Shown piece after piece: positions 38,828 through 52,134 of a DNA stretch of 64,000 nucleotides. The stretch's first letter is position 1; each line of letters begins with the position of its first letter. A program made the translations under genes and the position numbers. Under the pieces are notes generated by a model. That model ran no database searches. It saw only the letters and a list, made by a program, of their open reading frames with translations, and was not told the DNA's origin. Where the stretch lies: the NCBI RefSeq assembly GCF_009914755.1, contig NC_060946.1. One strand, 5' to 3'. Source of the stretch: the human T2T-CHM13v2.0 reference genome, Homo sapiens.

Positions 38828-41800
38828 TTAAAGAGACCCAGACCCTGCTCGCCTCCCACAGACCCCACAGCTCTGGGGAGTGTCAGTGAGAGAGGAGGGG
38901 CCGGCAGCCCTGGGAGCCATCAGGACACAGAGGAGTCAGGAGCAGCTCCGGGTTGAGAGGCTCTGCCACCATTGCTGAGTGACCCTGGGCAAACCCTGGT
39001 GGTCTCCGGACTCGGTTTCTCCATCTCCCAGGAGAGGAAATGGAGAGAAGGCCAATGCAGCCGCAGACAGGAGCTGCTGGGCCAGGCTTGGTGGGGGCTT
39101 CTCCTCCATCCCAGTCCCAGGGAGCTCCTCCGCCCAACTGCACCTCCCATGCCCCAGCTCCCCTCTGCCCTGCTGGGGGCCCCCCAGGCCTAGACCAAAG
39201 CTCCCAGCTGACAGGTCACCATTACAACGCTGACTTCTCCCTCCACAGCTCCTGCTGGGGTCGGGAACACCAAGGACCCCCTTTCCTGGTAGCCCCTAAG
39301 GACCTCTTGACCTGCCAATGTCTCTCTGGGGCACCTCACCCTCCCCTGCCTGCCAAGGCCAGACGTCCCAGCTGTTGGCACCAGGGCTGGTCAGGGACTG
39401 GCCAGCAGCCACAGGGAGGAGTGGCTGAGCTGTTGCATGGAAGGAAAGGGGAGGCCTAGGCTGGCAGACATGTACCCACCTCCCTTCAGGTGGCCAATGA
39501 GGGTCCTGGAGGGGCTGGCACTGGGTGCACAGTAGGACAAAGCATCTGTGGCTGTTTCCACCCAGGAGCCTGGAACCAATCCTTGCTTCTCTCTGAGCCT
39601 CAGTATTCTCATCTGAGAAGTGGGGGTGATGGTTCTCCCAGGGTGGTGGAGGATTAAGTGAAATCATGAATATGAAGCCCAGCGCTGAGCCTGGCACTCA
39701 GCTTCCCTCCTGCAGCAATACCCTGAGAACACTGCTCTCACCCCAGCCACCAAGCAACGGCACCAGCCATCTGAGCAGCCCTCACGCATGCGCATGCGTG
39801 TGTGCCTGTGTCTGTGCCTGAGCATGCACGCGCAGGCTGAAAGGGGGCTGCGAGCAGGTGGGGCAACGGGTGCAGAGGGAGGGGCAGGGGCCACACGCCA
39901 GCACTCCTCCCCACCGGTTTCCCACCCTGTGTGTCCCAACAGAGAACAGTGGTCTTAGAATCAGGCAAAACCCATCCATTCAAATCCAGCCTGTTTCCAG
40001 CCAGCCACTTCCCCTTGCTGAGCCTCAGTTTCCCCTTCTGTAAATGAGAATCATCTATGTCCAAAGTCTTCCAGGTTCACGACAGGGACCCCGTGTTGGG
40101 CCACGGGGCCAGGATTGGTCAAGACCTTTGGGAGTGGGGGGCCAAGACCAGAGCAAGCCAGAGCGTGAGCTCACCCCTGCTCCCCATGCTGCACCCCACC
40201 CACCACCCCGTGAGCGCCCGTGTGCGCGCCTGCAGGAGCGCGCGTGTGTGACTCAAGGTCTATTCATAGCCGAGCTCCACCAGCTGCAGCGTCACAAGCA
40301 GAGGGGCCTCAGCCCATATTATTATTTCAATTACCATCTGAATTAAAAGTTTGAGCAGCGATCAGCCCACGTAGCGAGGGGAAGAGGGAACAGGAGAAAA
40401 ATAAAGATGAAAAGGAGAAGAAGGGCTGTGACTGGCGATCCCCCACACCCCAAGGAGGGCTGAGTCCGCAGAGGAGGCTTAAAGGTTATGCCAACCCCTA
40501 GGATTCCCGCCTGCCCCTTGCCAGGACCCACAGTCCTCCCATCGTTGGGAGGAGCGCTTTTCGACAGCAGCCCAACCACAGCTACTCGGTGGAAATAGAT
40601 CTTTCAGCCCAGGTTCACATGGATGGGTGGACATCACTCGGAGAGGGTGAGGGACTGACCTAAGGTCACACAGAGAGCCACCCAAGGAAGTTGTCTCCAA
40701 GACCCTCTCCTGCCAGCCAGGTCCCACTGACCTCACCAGGCTCTGTAGCACATGTGCCATTTCCCTTCTGCTCCCCTCTCCCTGCGCCGATAACTTTCCT
40801 CCTGCAGCCCTAGCTTGGAGCCAGCCCTCTCTCAGCCCTCTGCATTCCCGACCTCACACCTCATGCCACCACCGTCAGCCCAAAGGCCCCTCCTCACTCA
40901 CTGGCACAGGGGACAGAGCCCTGGGCCAGGAGACAGGCAGCCTGGCCCTAATCTAACTCTCTGGGCACCTTCGGGCAGGTCATTCCTTGTCTCTGGGCCT
41001 CAGTCTTCCCATCTATGAAATGAGTTCTCCCCTAAGATGCATGGTGGTATCTGTCTTCAGAATGGAGCCCCCAGAGGAGCCAGAGGATCCCTGAGGGGGT
41101 GTCACGCTGTGGGGGCGTCTAGACCATCTCCTGCCAAGCCCCAGCCCCAGGGAGGAACGTTTTCCACTCTTTCCCCAGGGAAGCCCCAGAGACAGCCCCC
41201 GAGAATCAGACTAGTCTGAACTCACACCCAGGCTCCTCTGCTGTCTTACTGTGTGACCCTGGACAAATCACATAGATTCTCTGAGCCATGGCCCTTCCAT
41301 CTATAACACGGGGACATCAAATCAACATTGCCATGGAGAATTAAATGGGAATTTGCAAAAGCTCCTAGCCCAGTGCCTGGCGAGCAAATGTGTTTCCTCG
41401 CTGGGAAGCGGGGAAGCGATGGGCACTGCTTCCCAGCTCCTCTTTGGGAAACACCAAAGACTCCTAGGATTTTGGAAGTGGGGATGTTATTCGGCCTCAC
41501 CCGTAAGGCGAGAGTCACCTGGCAGGTGCTCATCTGGCTCTGCTTGAATACCTCTAGGATTGAGGAGCCCACTATCTCACAAAACAACCACAGCTGCTCC
41601 CTATCTTGCTCCACCTCCAGCTCTGGGAATTTTCTAGAATGGAGCATAAGCTTCCAGTTAACCCCAAATCCAACCTGTCCTTGCCTGGGACTGCCTGAAA
41701 CTGGCTTTAAAATGAGACTGAAAGGAGTTCTTCAAAGAGACCAATAGAGGGAGGGGATTAGTGCCCAAGGACAGTGGGGTGAGGGGATCTGGAGAGAAGG

Positions 41801-41938
41801 GAGGGAGAAAGGAGGTGGCCGAATTCAGAGCTGGGCCCTCAAAGCTCCTGGGTCCTGTCTGGGCTTGCCACAGTGTTACACAGGGACATCTGTCTGTCTG
41901 CTTCCAGATAGAGCTGGGAGCCAGAAGCCCTGGATTCA

Positions 41939-42130
41939 GGCCCTGGCCCTGCTTCCTCCACCCCCAAACCATCACTGTGACCCTCATGGGTCCACTTCCC
42001 CCTCAGGCCTCAGTTTCCACTTTTGTAAAACAATGGCCCTGGCTCTGCTTCCTCCGCCCACAAACCATCACTGTGACCCTGATGGGTCTACTTCCCCCTC
42101 AGGCCTCAGTTTCCACTTTTGTAAAACGAA
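41939..42130. repeat. Tandem duplication, 2 x 96 bp, MIR-derived
   Basis: Units start at 41939 and 42035; about 7 substitutions and no indels; each has a MIR-like GCCTCAGTTTCCACTTTTGTAAAA core. Confidence 0.92.
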
Positions 42131-45019
42131 GGCATCAGACCAGTGATTTAAGCTCCAAACCTTCTGTCTGAATCCAGGCACCCTCCCACTCTACCCTGTC
42201 CAACCCCTGCCCAGCATGCTGGATCCACGGGCCCCTGAGTGTCTATGGTTTCAGAGTCAGAGGCCTTATCTCTACTCCTGTCTCCTGCTTTCATAGCTGT
42301 TGCCTTTGAGGATTCTGTCATCCCCATTTTACAGGTGGGGAGATGGAGGCATGAGGCATTGAAGCCAATTGCTCAAGGTCACAGAGGGTGATTTGAAATC
42401 CAGGGCTCCCTCCTCTGGGCCCAGGAGAGCCGCAGAACTTAAGGGCACCTTCTTTCAGGAGAATCGCCAAGATCTTAAGTGGCCAGCCGTTCTCTATACA
42501 GATGTGGACTCCACATGAGGCAAGGGGCTGCCCAAGGTCACAGAGCAAGGCACTGACAGACCAGGGTCCTGAACCAAGCCTCCCTGCCCCCAGGCTCCAC
42601 CCAGACAGGGGGCTGGCAACATGACCTGACTTTCTGCCCTGGTCCTGGGATCTCCCCAAGACTGGAGCCCACGTCCTGCCTCTAGCCGCTGCCCCCAGAA
42701 GCCCCCGAGCATCTAGGGCTGAGATGGGAAGAGTGAGCAGGAAGACAGGAAAGAAAGTTGAGGGCTGGCCACTTGCCCCCGGCCCTCTGGCCCTCCCCTA
42801 CTGCTCTCCTCGTGCAGGGGGAGCGGCGGCGGTGGTGATGTAATGCACTCGGCTTTCGTCCCGGTGCCAATCTCAGAAGAGAGACGACAGATTGCGTGAG
42901 CCAAATTTGGCATCCTAGGGGGAGAGGCATGAAAAGTGGAGATGTGGAGGAGCAGAGAGGAGCCTGGGGTGGTGCAGGAGGAGCCCCCTGCCCTACAGCC
43001 CCGAGGTGCCTCCCCTCCCTCCCCTCAGGGCCCCCATCTCTTCCCCAGCTAGCCTGGCCCTGGGGCCTCCCCTCCTCACTCTGAGGGGCCAGCCTGGCTT
43101 CTCCCCGGACCCCTTGAGCCCGGCACTGCCAGGCCTACCCGCCACCCCCACCCCACACTGCTCCAGCTCTGTTTCCCACCGCCGCTAGTTTCCTGGTTAC
43201 CATGTTGCCGGTTGTCATGTCGCTTACATGTCCTCGTGACTCAGTGGTCCCCGCAGAGGGGCCCCCTCCTCCTCACACCCCCCTTAGCACTCGCCCCCGC
43301 CTCCCCCAGATCCACATTAAGAACCAGCCCGCCCTGTAAGCCTACACTGTTCCTCCTCCCCTTCCTTCTTATCCTAAGCTAAGACATCTTCTCACAGCAT
43401 CTCCCAGAGCTACTTCATTCTCTCTTTCGCAAATGTCTACGAACCTACTATGCTCCAGGCTGGCGCACGCGGCTTTCACAGACCTGACACAGTCTGGAAA
43501 CTGCTCAACACCCTGATGAAGTCAGTATCATCATACCTATTCTCCAGTTGAAGAAACTGAGGTTCAGAGAGGTCAAGCCACCCACCCAAGGTCACCCAGC
43601 AGAAACTCAACCAGCTCTGCCTGGTCACAGCCACTCCAGAGGATTTTCTGAGAGAAGAGCTTTCTTTTCAAGGATAACCCAAAGGGCCATGAGGAATTGT
43701 ACCCCAGATTCCCCCTCTAATCCTGGACACTCCTCCTTCGTCAGCTATTTCCGCCATATTCCCACTGCCCCACGCCCACCTCCACCCACTAGCTGTTCAT
43801 CTCTCTTAAGGTAAAGTGAGTCTTTACTCCCATCTCCCCAGTGCTTTCCCCAGCCTGTGAACAGCCCACTGCTCATTGAGCCCAGGGCCCGCCTTGGAGG
43901 TCACTGGGGCAGGGAGTGACGTCCCCATGCCACAGATGTGGAAGATGACGGTTGGGAGGAGAGTGACCAGCCCAGGGGGCTGCTCTCCCAGCCACCTGAG
44001 CTAATTTCTGGGAGGCTGAATGGAGGACATATGAGACCCACTGCCCAGTGTGGAACACCCCAGAAAGAGTCCCTCCTCCCAGTGAGAATGGAGTGGAATG
44101 TTCTAGGCTCAGCCCTTCCAACTCCAGTTGGGATATGGGTCAGTTCAGTGGCCAACAGTCTCTGTTCCCACCATGCTGCACCCATCTCTTACCCCAGCTG
44201 CCCTGGTCCACCTTTTGCTCCCCTCAGCACAGGCCAAGCCAGGGCCACAGTGAGGCTCTTGGGCCCCTAAAGTCCTGCTAACTGCCCCCAAAAGGCCTGA
44301 AGCCATGGAGGTCATGGGACTGGATGTGGGGGAGAACACACACACACACGGCTCCAACCCTTCTCTGGGCCTCCCTCCCTGAGTTCCCCACTTCCCCCAA
44401 ACCTGCTGCTGAACATTCTACTGCTCTTGAGGCCCTGCTCTGTCAGCTGGCCAGGCTGCCCTGCCTCTAGCCCGCCGCTCCACCCCACCCAGCTTGCCAC
44501 CTCCCAACTCCCTGCATCCTGTCCATCCTGAAGCAGGGACACTGGGGGCAGAAATGTGGGTAGGGGGCAGGGAGGCTGACACTGGTGGGGGGACATTTGG
44601 CAGGTTGCAGGGGAAGTTCTCCCTGCGGGAGGCTCATTGAGACCTCTCTTGCCTTGGGGTGCTCCCTACACACGGAGGAAAAAGCAGCCTCTGCCTCCCT
44701 CCCCAGCCTGTGTCTATCACTGTGAACGTGCAGTGCCTCCTCTACCAATCCCTGCCCCTGCGCCCTGGGGTCGTGTGGCGCCAAGTAGGTGCTCAAAACA
44801 TGAGAAGTGAGATTTCGTTCTTCAGATCACAGGGCCATTTGCAACGAGGATGCAGCTGGGGAGGCGGAAAGGCGGCATCCCCCACCTTGCCACAAGTCAC
44901 CTGCCTTGAAGCTCCCCGGCATGACAACTGGGGTGGGTGGAGGCAGGGAAAGGTCATGGCTGGGGCAGGAGGTCAAGACCCCTTCCACCCACCTCTCTCC
45001 CCCTTTCCAGGCCACAACC

Positions 45020-46480
45020 CAGACCGCGACGCTCCCAGACGGACAGACGGACAGAGCCCGCCCGTGGAGCCCGCCCGCTCCCGGGGAGTCACGGGACCGC
45101 GCGCGCGGCGCCGGGCAGCCGGGACCCGGCTCCGGATCAGGTGCGGAGCGGGCGGGGCCGGAGCGGCGGGCCCGGGACACACAGACACGCACGCGGCGGG
45201 ACAAACTGACGGACAGCGCCCGGGGTGGGCGAGCGCGGCTTACCGCTGGGCGGAGGGTCCGACGAGAGTCCGGGAGGCGGCGAGCGGGCGCTACATCCCA
45301 AGGCGCGATCCGGCGGGCGGCGTCCCGGGCGCGGAGAGGGGAGTCCCGGCGCCCCCTGCCCGCGAACTCGGCCGGCCGGCCCGCGCTCCCCTCCCCGGCT
45401 GCCGCTCGGTCTGCGCGTGGGTCTTGGGGTCTCCGCGCGTCCCGGCCGTCCCGCGCCGCTCCCCGCGGGCCGCCCAACTTTCAGCGCTGCCCCGCGCCGC
45501 GCCCTCGGCGCCGCCTCGGCGTCAGCATCGTCGGGCCCGGCCGGGCTCACAGCGCGGGGGTCCGGGGGCCCGGGGCGCCCCGCCGCCCGCGCCCCCCACC
45601 CCCGCTGCAGGCGCCCTCCCCGCCGCCGTCCCCCGCTGCGCCCAGCTCCCTCGCTGTCACCCGCTCCTGCTCGCGCGCTCTGCCCCCGGCCCTGCGCTCC
45701 ACTCCCGGCCCCGCTGCGCTCGGCCCCGGCCCCGCGACCCCTCGGCCTCCCGGCCTGGGGTCGCCCTCCCCGCCCCCGCCGGCCGGGCTCTGTCGCCACC
45801 TCCCCGACCGCTCTCGCGTCTCTCTCCTGCCGCCGGGGTCTCCGCCGCGCTCGCGTCCCGGTCCCTCTCCCGGCCTCCCTGCCTCCTGCGGCCCCGCTCG
45901 CCCTCTGCCCGCGGGGTCTCCGTCTCCGTCGCGGTCGCCCGCCGGCCTCCCCCCGCCTCCCTCTGCCCGCGCTGCCTCTCTCCCCTGCGCGTCTCTGTCC
46001 GTCTCCCTCGCGGCCCCTGTCCTTCTCTGTCTCTCCCCCTCCCACTCTCCGTGCGGCCCCCTCTGTCTCGGACCCCGGCCCCCGCCTTGGCCGCGTCCCC
46101 GGCTCGCCCGGGAGCCCGAGCTCCCGCCGCCCGCGGCGCGCCGAGAACTCCCAACTCGCGGCACGCCGCCCCGCTTTGCGAGACTTTCGCCCCTCCTCAC
46201 ACGTGACCCGCGCCCCACTGCGGAGGCCGCGCGCCCCCCAGCCCGGGAGCCCCGGCTGCCCGCGGGACCCCGCCCTGCCCGCCCCTCGGCCTAACCCGGC
46301 CTCAAGCCCCCTCCCGCGGGGCCCGCGGCGCGGAGCAGGGGCTGGGGCGGGGGGCTGCTGGCCCCGCTCCTGCCCTGGATCCTGCCCGGGTTTTCCTCCT
46401 CGCCCCAGGAGCGCTCCTCCCAGAACCCGTTCCTGGATCCGCTCCCGGGTTTTGTGCCCCCCCCCCAAAAGGGGGCAGGT
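45020..46480 (-). promoter_or_regulatory. KCNJ4: KCNJ4 promoter CpG island
   Basis: About 1.4 kb of very GC- and CpG-rich DNA with multiple GC boxes and E-box CACGTGAC at 46200-46207; no obvious TATA box. Confidence 0.85.
45244..45470 (-). other. KCNJ4: KCNJ4 non-coding exon 1 (TSS approximate)
   Basis: Strong minus-strand donor GCG|GTAAGC at 45244/45243 inside the CpG island; fits the known two-exon gene structure. Confidence 0.75.
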
Positions 46481-48416
46481 GGAGAGGGTTCCTCCGAGCC
46501 GGGAAGGGGGGTGGGTGGGAGCTGGTCCCTCTGGGGTCCCACGGAGTCCGCCCCTCTCCTTAGCGGTCCTCGTACTCTCCCAAAGTACCGCCGGTCAAGG
46601 ACCCGAAGCACCTCACTCTGGGAGTCTGAGGGGGCCCTATTGGAGGGACCCTCGCGATCACTCAGTCACCACTGCCCCATTTTACAGATGGCGAGACTGG
46701 GTACCAGAGAGGGTCAGAAACTCGGCCAAGGTCACCCAGAGATGACAAAGCCAGGCCAAACCCTAGTCTCTTATTCTCTGTCGCTCTCCATTACCCCAAG
46801 CTGTCAGGCCTGGGCCCCACACTCTGGGGTGTCAGGGAACCCCCAGCACCCACAGCACCTGTCTAGCCAGCTACATCCTGACCATCCTGCCACGTCACTC
46901 TAGCCCTCCGAGGAGACAGGAGGGAAAGTGCTCCTCCTTCCAGGGTGGTAGGACGAGAGAACACCTGCAGTTAGACAGCCAGCAAAACTTCCCTGGGAGT
47001 CTGGCCATCACCGACTAGCCCCATTACAGAGAGGGAGAGACCGAGGCACCCCAAAGCCAGGTGGAGAACTGATGAAATCTGAAATCCCCTCTGGCTCTCC
47101 TGAGCCTCGAGGATGTCAGCATAAGAACAGCAACACACAAACCACCACAAGTGTTTCCCTTCCTCGTGGGCTCTCCCTACTCAAAAGGATTCAGTCCCAA
47201 CTCCTCAGTGTGGTATAGTCAGGCCCCACCTTATCCGGCATCCCACATCCCATAAATCCACAGGTACACCCTGATTCCACAGATTCCAGAACACGCCACA
47301 GGCCTCCACACCTCTCTGCCTGCACGCACTGTTCCTCCTCACTAAGATATCCTTCCACCTTTTTTGCCCAGAGAATTCCTGCTGTTCCCCAAGCCCAGCC
47401 TCAGTGCCACTTCCTTGAGAAGGCCTCCTGATGACCCCAGCAGAAGTCATTTATCACCCACTCATTCATTCAACCAGCACTAGGCACCCACCACATACCA
47501 GCCCCTGGGCGGGGCACAAGTATGGTTCTTGCTTAGTGGGATGAGGAGTCAGGCTAACCTAGGCTCAAAAGCACCTAGGAGCTACTTGACCTTGAACAAG
47601 TTTTTATTTAATCTGTCTGTAAATTGAGGACCCTAACGTCCTCCATTCCCAAGGGGTAGATTAAGTGAGGTGGATGCACAAGAAATACACAGATCATGGT
47701 AGGCGCTCAATAAATGTGGCCATCCTTTCTCACGGCTCTCTCCGACTGTGCAGACCTCCAGAACGCACGTCCTGTTCCACGCCTCTCCCTGGTTACCCTG
47801 CTGTGTCCTCACAGGCAGACAGCCAGGACTGATGTTCCATCACATGAATGCTCAGTGCGTGGATGCAGGGGAGACTCAAGCAGCCTGAGTGCCCTGTGGG
47901 CAAGAGATGTGTGCCTGGTCTTTTTCACCTTTTCTGTGGATGGAAAGTGGGAGGATGAGGGTGAGACAAATGACCTGCCTGGCCACGGGCCTGACCTGGT
48001 AGCCATCCTGGGAGTGTGGGGTGCAGGGAGAGGAGGAAGGGGCAGGAAGGAGGGGAAAATGCAGACAGAGATGTCTGTAGATCCAAAGCATCTACTGTCA
48101 CAGAATCAGTCTCCTGATGCCAAGTCCCTGGGCACAAACTTGAAGATGGGATGGGGGCTCTGGGGCAAGGAGGGTTAGCTTGCCGGGCCTGGGCCGCACC
48201 CTGGGGCTGCTGTTCATCCTGCAAGGAGACTGGACTGGGAGGAGGTAGGGAGAGGCAAGCAGAGGAGCTCCAGGCAGGGAGAGGTTCGGAGGCCCCAGGA
48301 AAGAGCCCTTTCTCTCCTCTCCAGCCCTGTGTGACCCTGGGCAGCTCAACTCTCCTCTCTGGGCCTTTGTTTCCTCATATGTAAAATGAGAACTATAATA
48401 CCCACTTTGAGCTTCG

Positions 48417-48419
<3 letters not shown>

Positions 48420-48467
<48 letters not shown>
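48420..48467. repeat. (GT)~24 microsatellite at an Alu tail
   Basis: Perfect GT run directly adjoining the minus-strand Alu. Confidence 0.95.
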
Positions 48468-48471
<4 letters not shown>

Positions 48472-48479
48472 TTGTTGTT

Positions 48480-48842
<363 letters not shown>

Positions 48843-49606
48843 TAGCCCTGTGTGAGGTTGGGGGCAGAGATGGAAATGGGCATGCAGAGGCCTGGGGGCA
48901 GTGTGAGGGAGTTGAGAAAAGTCTTGGGTGTCAGAACCTGTGTGACCCTGGGCAAGATGCGTGTCCTCTCTGGACCTCAGAGGCCTCGTCTGTAGTGGGA
49001 CAGTGTGGACTAGGTCTCCCAAGGGTAAGTGGGCTTTGTCATGATCCACCACAGATGCGCCCCCCCACCAGACGGAATGAGGACAACCTGCTTCCCCTGC
49101 ACTCGTACCCCTAGCTCAGCACTATCCAGACCTTCGCAGGGATTGTCTCCTTTGATTCTTGCAAGAATTCTCCAGGCACCTGTTACCAATGGGGAAACTG
49201 AGGCACGGGCAGTAATGCCATGAGTGGCAGGGCCGGTGTGGCCAGGAACAATGGTCTGGAGGAAGGAGGTTCGCTCTGAAGTTTGGAGGAGAATGCTTGT
49301 AAAACCTCTGTCCACCATACACTTTGGTAAAACGTCCTGGCCATCTCCATTCTCCATTCTCTCCTTTGATCCTCACAAGATCTCCGTGGGGTACGGGCTA
49401 TGCCTGTCTTTACCTCACAGGTGAGGACTCTGAACTGACACACAGAGAGGGGAAGTGGCTTGTCTGGGGTCAGGCAGTAAGCAACTGTCTGGGCCAGGAT
49501 TTGAACCAGGCTCAACTTCCACTTTCTGGGGAAAGGTCATTCCAGGCTAGCAGAGCACTCACTAACCGATTTACTGTGGGGTCCTGCTCACACCTCCTGG
49601 GTCCTA

Positions 49607-50081
<475 letters not shown>

Positions 50082-50714
50082 GGTCCAGCCAGCCCATTCT
50101 GCAGATGAGGCAAACTGAGGTAGCCCAGATACTTAGATTAGAAATCAGATCAGGACACAGCTGGCCTGCCTCGGAGCTCTAAAGTCCCAGGAGCTTCCAG
50201 GGGGTGAGGTCCAGAGGTGATTAAAGGGACACTGGGGGGCCAGAGGCCCAGAACCCATCCCAGCAGGCTGTGCCCTGGGGACAGAGGACTGTAGGGGTCT
50301 CTCCTGCCCTCCACCTCCACCCTCGCCCACCCCCCAGCACTCAGTAGTCACCAGGGTGGAATATTTTAGCACCTATAGAAAAACCGCCACAGACGGCCGT
50401 GGCAGCTGTTGCTAAGGAGACGCTCCCAAAATAGCCCCCCTCCGCCAACCTTTCCCGCTGCTGCTCCTGCTGTGGGGAGGGGAGGAGACCAGGCAGGGAG
50501 GGGGTGGCACATGAGTGTTCGCCCTAGGCTCACCCACCCACCCTGGCCCCTGGTGCCCACCCTGGCCCAAGACCTGGGCAGCCACAGGTCTGTGGAAGGG
50601 CAGGAGCTGTCCCATGCATGCCTGTGATCTCAGTCACAGTCCTCAGCTAGGGAAGAAGGTCACTCAGGTGATAGGAGAGGGGGGAGCAGAACCCCCGCAC
50701 CCAAGACCCCCCAG

Positions 50715-51070
50715 CACACTCCCACACATACACAATTACAGGTTATCACAGTTCTCCACATCCACTGTACACACCACAAATACAGTCCCACGCATGCCCA
50801 CCGAGGGGTACACACACATCAGCAAAGCTGCATCAGATGCACGGGTAAACGTCTGCCACAACTACACAACATCCACCTGCACACACACACCATGGAGCCG
50901 CAAAGACATGCTTTTATATCCACATATTCACACACCCATCCCAAATACACACGTACACCAATATATGCATGCCAGGCACACGGACACACACACACACCAG
51001 TGTACATATACCCTCACAGCACATGGACACACATATTCACAGATACACACAACTGTCCAAACACATGCCC
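50715..51070. repeat. CA-rich low-complexity region (a similar one lies at ~15805-15880)
   Basis: Degenerate (CA)n/(CACAT)n runs. Confidence 0.75.
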
Positions 51071-51789
51071 AGCCTGTGGCATCTAAAGGGCAATCAGTTG
51101 TGTTACCCAGTAGACTCTGTCTGGGGTGCTGTGTCTTAGGGTTTCCAGAAATCCTTACTTAGTGGGGAACTTCTACAACCACAGGGCAGAGGGTAAGGAG
51201 GAGGTGGCAGGCAGGTGGATGAAGGGTTGTGTCTCTCTGAACCCCTTTAAGTCTGGGGACTAGATGATGACTGGTGCTCAGGAGAGCTGCCCTGGACCCA
51301 CTTCTCGAAGGGGAAAGTGGAGTAGACTCTCACCCGCAGACTTGAAACTTCTGGGCACAGAGATTTCTGAGCCCCAGGGGCTGGGGCGATAAAGAGGACA
51401 AGATGGCAATTGGGTGGCAACTGTGATGGTCTGTGGCATGCGCAAGGCACGTTCCAGTTGGTGAGCCGCTTTCACACTCCATTATTTCACACGCTTGGTA
51501 ACAGCTACTCTGAGATACTGGTGGAGGTGTCCCCATGTCTGAGTCTCAGAGAGGAGAGAGAACTCCACGACCACACAGTAAGTTACTAGCAGAGCTGGAC
51601 CCATAACCCAAGGGGGTGCCAGCACCCAGCCCCAGTGCCTGGCACTTGGCTGCACTGCACGAACTTGGAAGGAGGCCACCGGGTGCAGGGCCTAGCTCTG
51701 CCCCTGATGAGCCCCGAGTTACTGGGGGGGCAGCCAGGCCCTCCATCTTCCCACCTGGAAAGCTGAGAATGAATCCCCAGGGGTGTTTT

Positions 51790-52130
51790 CAAGCAGCGGC
51801 TTGTGGCCACCGTCAGGGCTGGGGAGTGGTGTTTGCCGGAAGTCCTCGGAATGCCAGCGCAAGGACGAAGGGTGGCCCAGCCTCTCCCCTCCTCGTTTGG
51901 CCAGCCGCGGTCTCTCTCCAGCCTCGCTCTGTGACTCCTGAATCCGGGCTCCGGGTCTTCGTTCGCGCCTCGTCACTCTGGAGACGCTGCGAGCGGCTTG
52001 CGGTTGCCGTAGGAACCTCGCCAGGGCCTCCGCGAGGCGCACGACTCCGCGCGCTGAGAGCCGCGTTTTGGTCACCGAGAGACACCTGTCGCCAGCGGCG
52101 AGGGGTGGGGGCGTCGCGGCCCGGGTTATT
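51790..52130. promoter_or_regulatory. Orphan CpG island between KCNJ4 and KDELR3
   Basis: CpG-dense unique DNA with ETS CCGGAAGT 51836-51843, X-box GTTGCCGTAGGAAC 52003-52016 and CGTCA half-CREs. Confidence 0.65.
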
Positions 52131-52134
52131 ATGC

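Noticed and set aside
41761-42171. ORF with a duplicated 32-residue segment
   Set aside because: Explained by the 96-bp MIR-derived duplication, whose length happens to be a multiple of three.
44659-46745. Several 440-515 aa ORFs on both strands
   Set aside because: Pro/Arg/Gly/Ala low-complexity translations of a CpG island where stop codons are rare; many frames are open at once.
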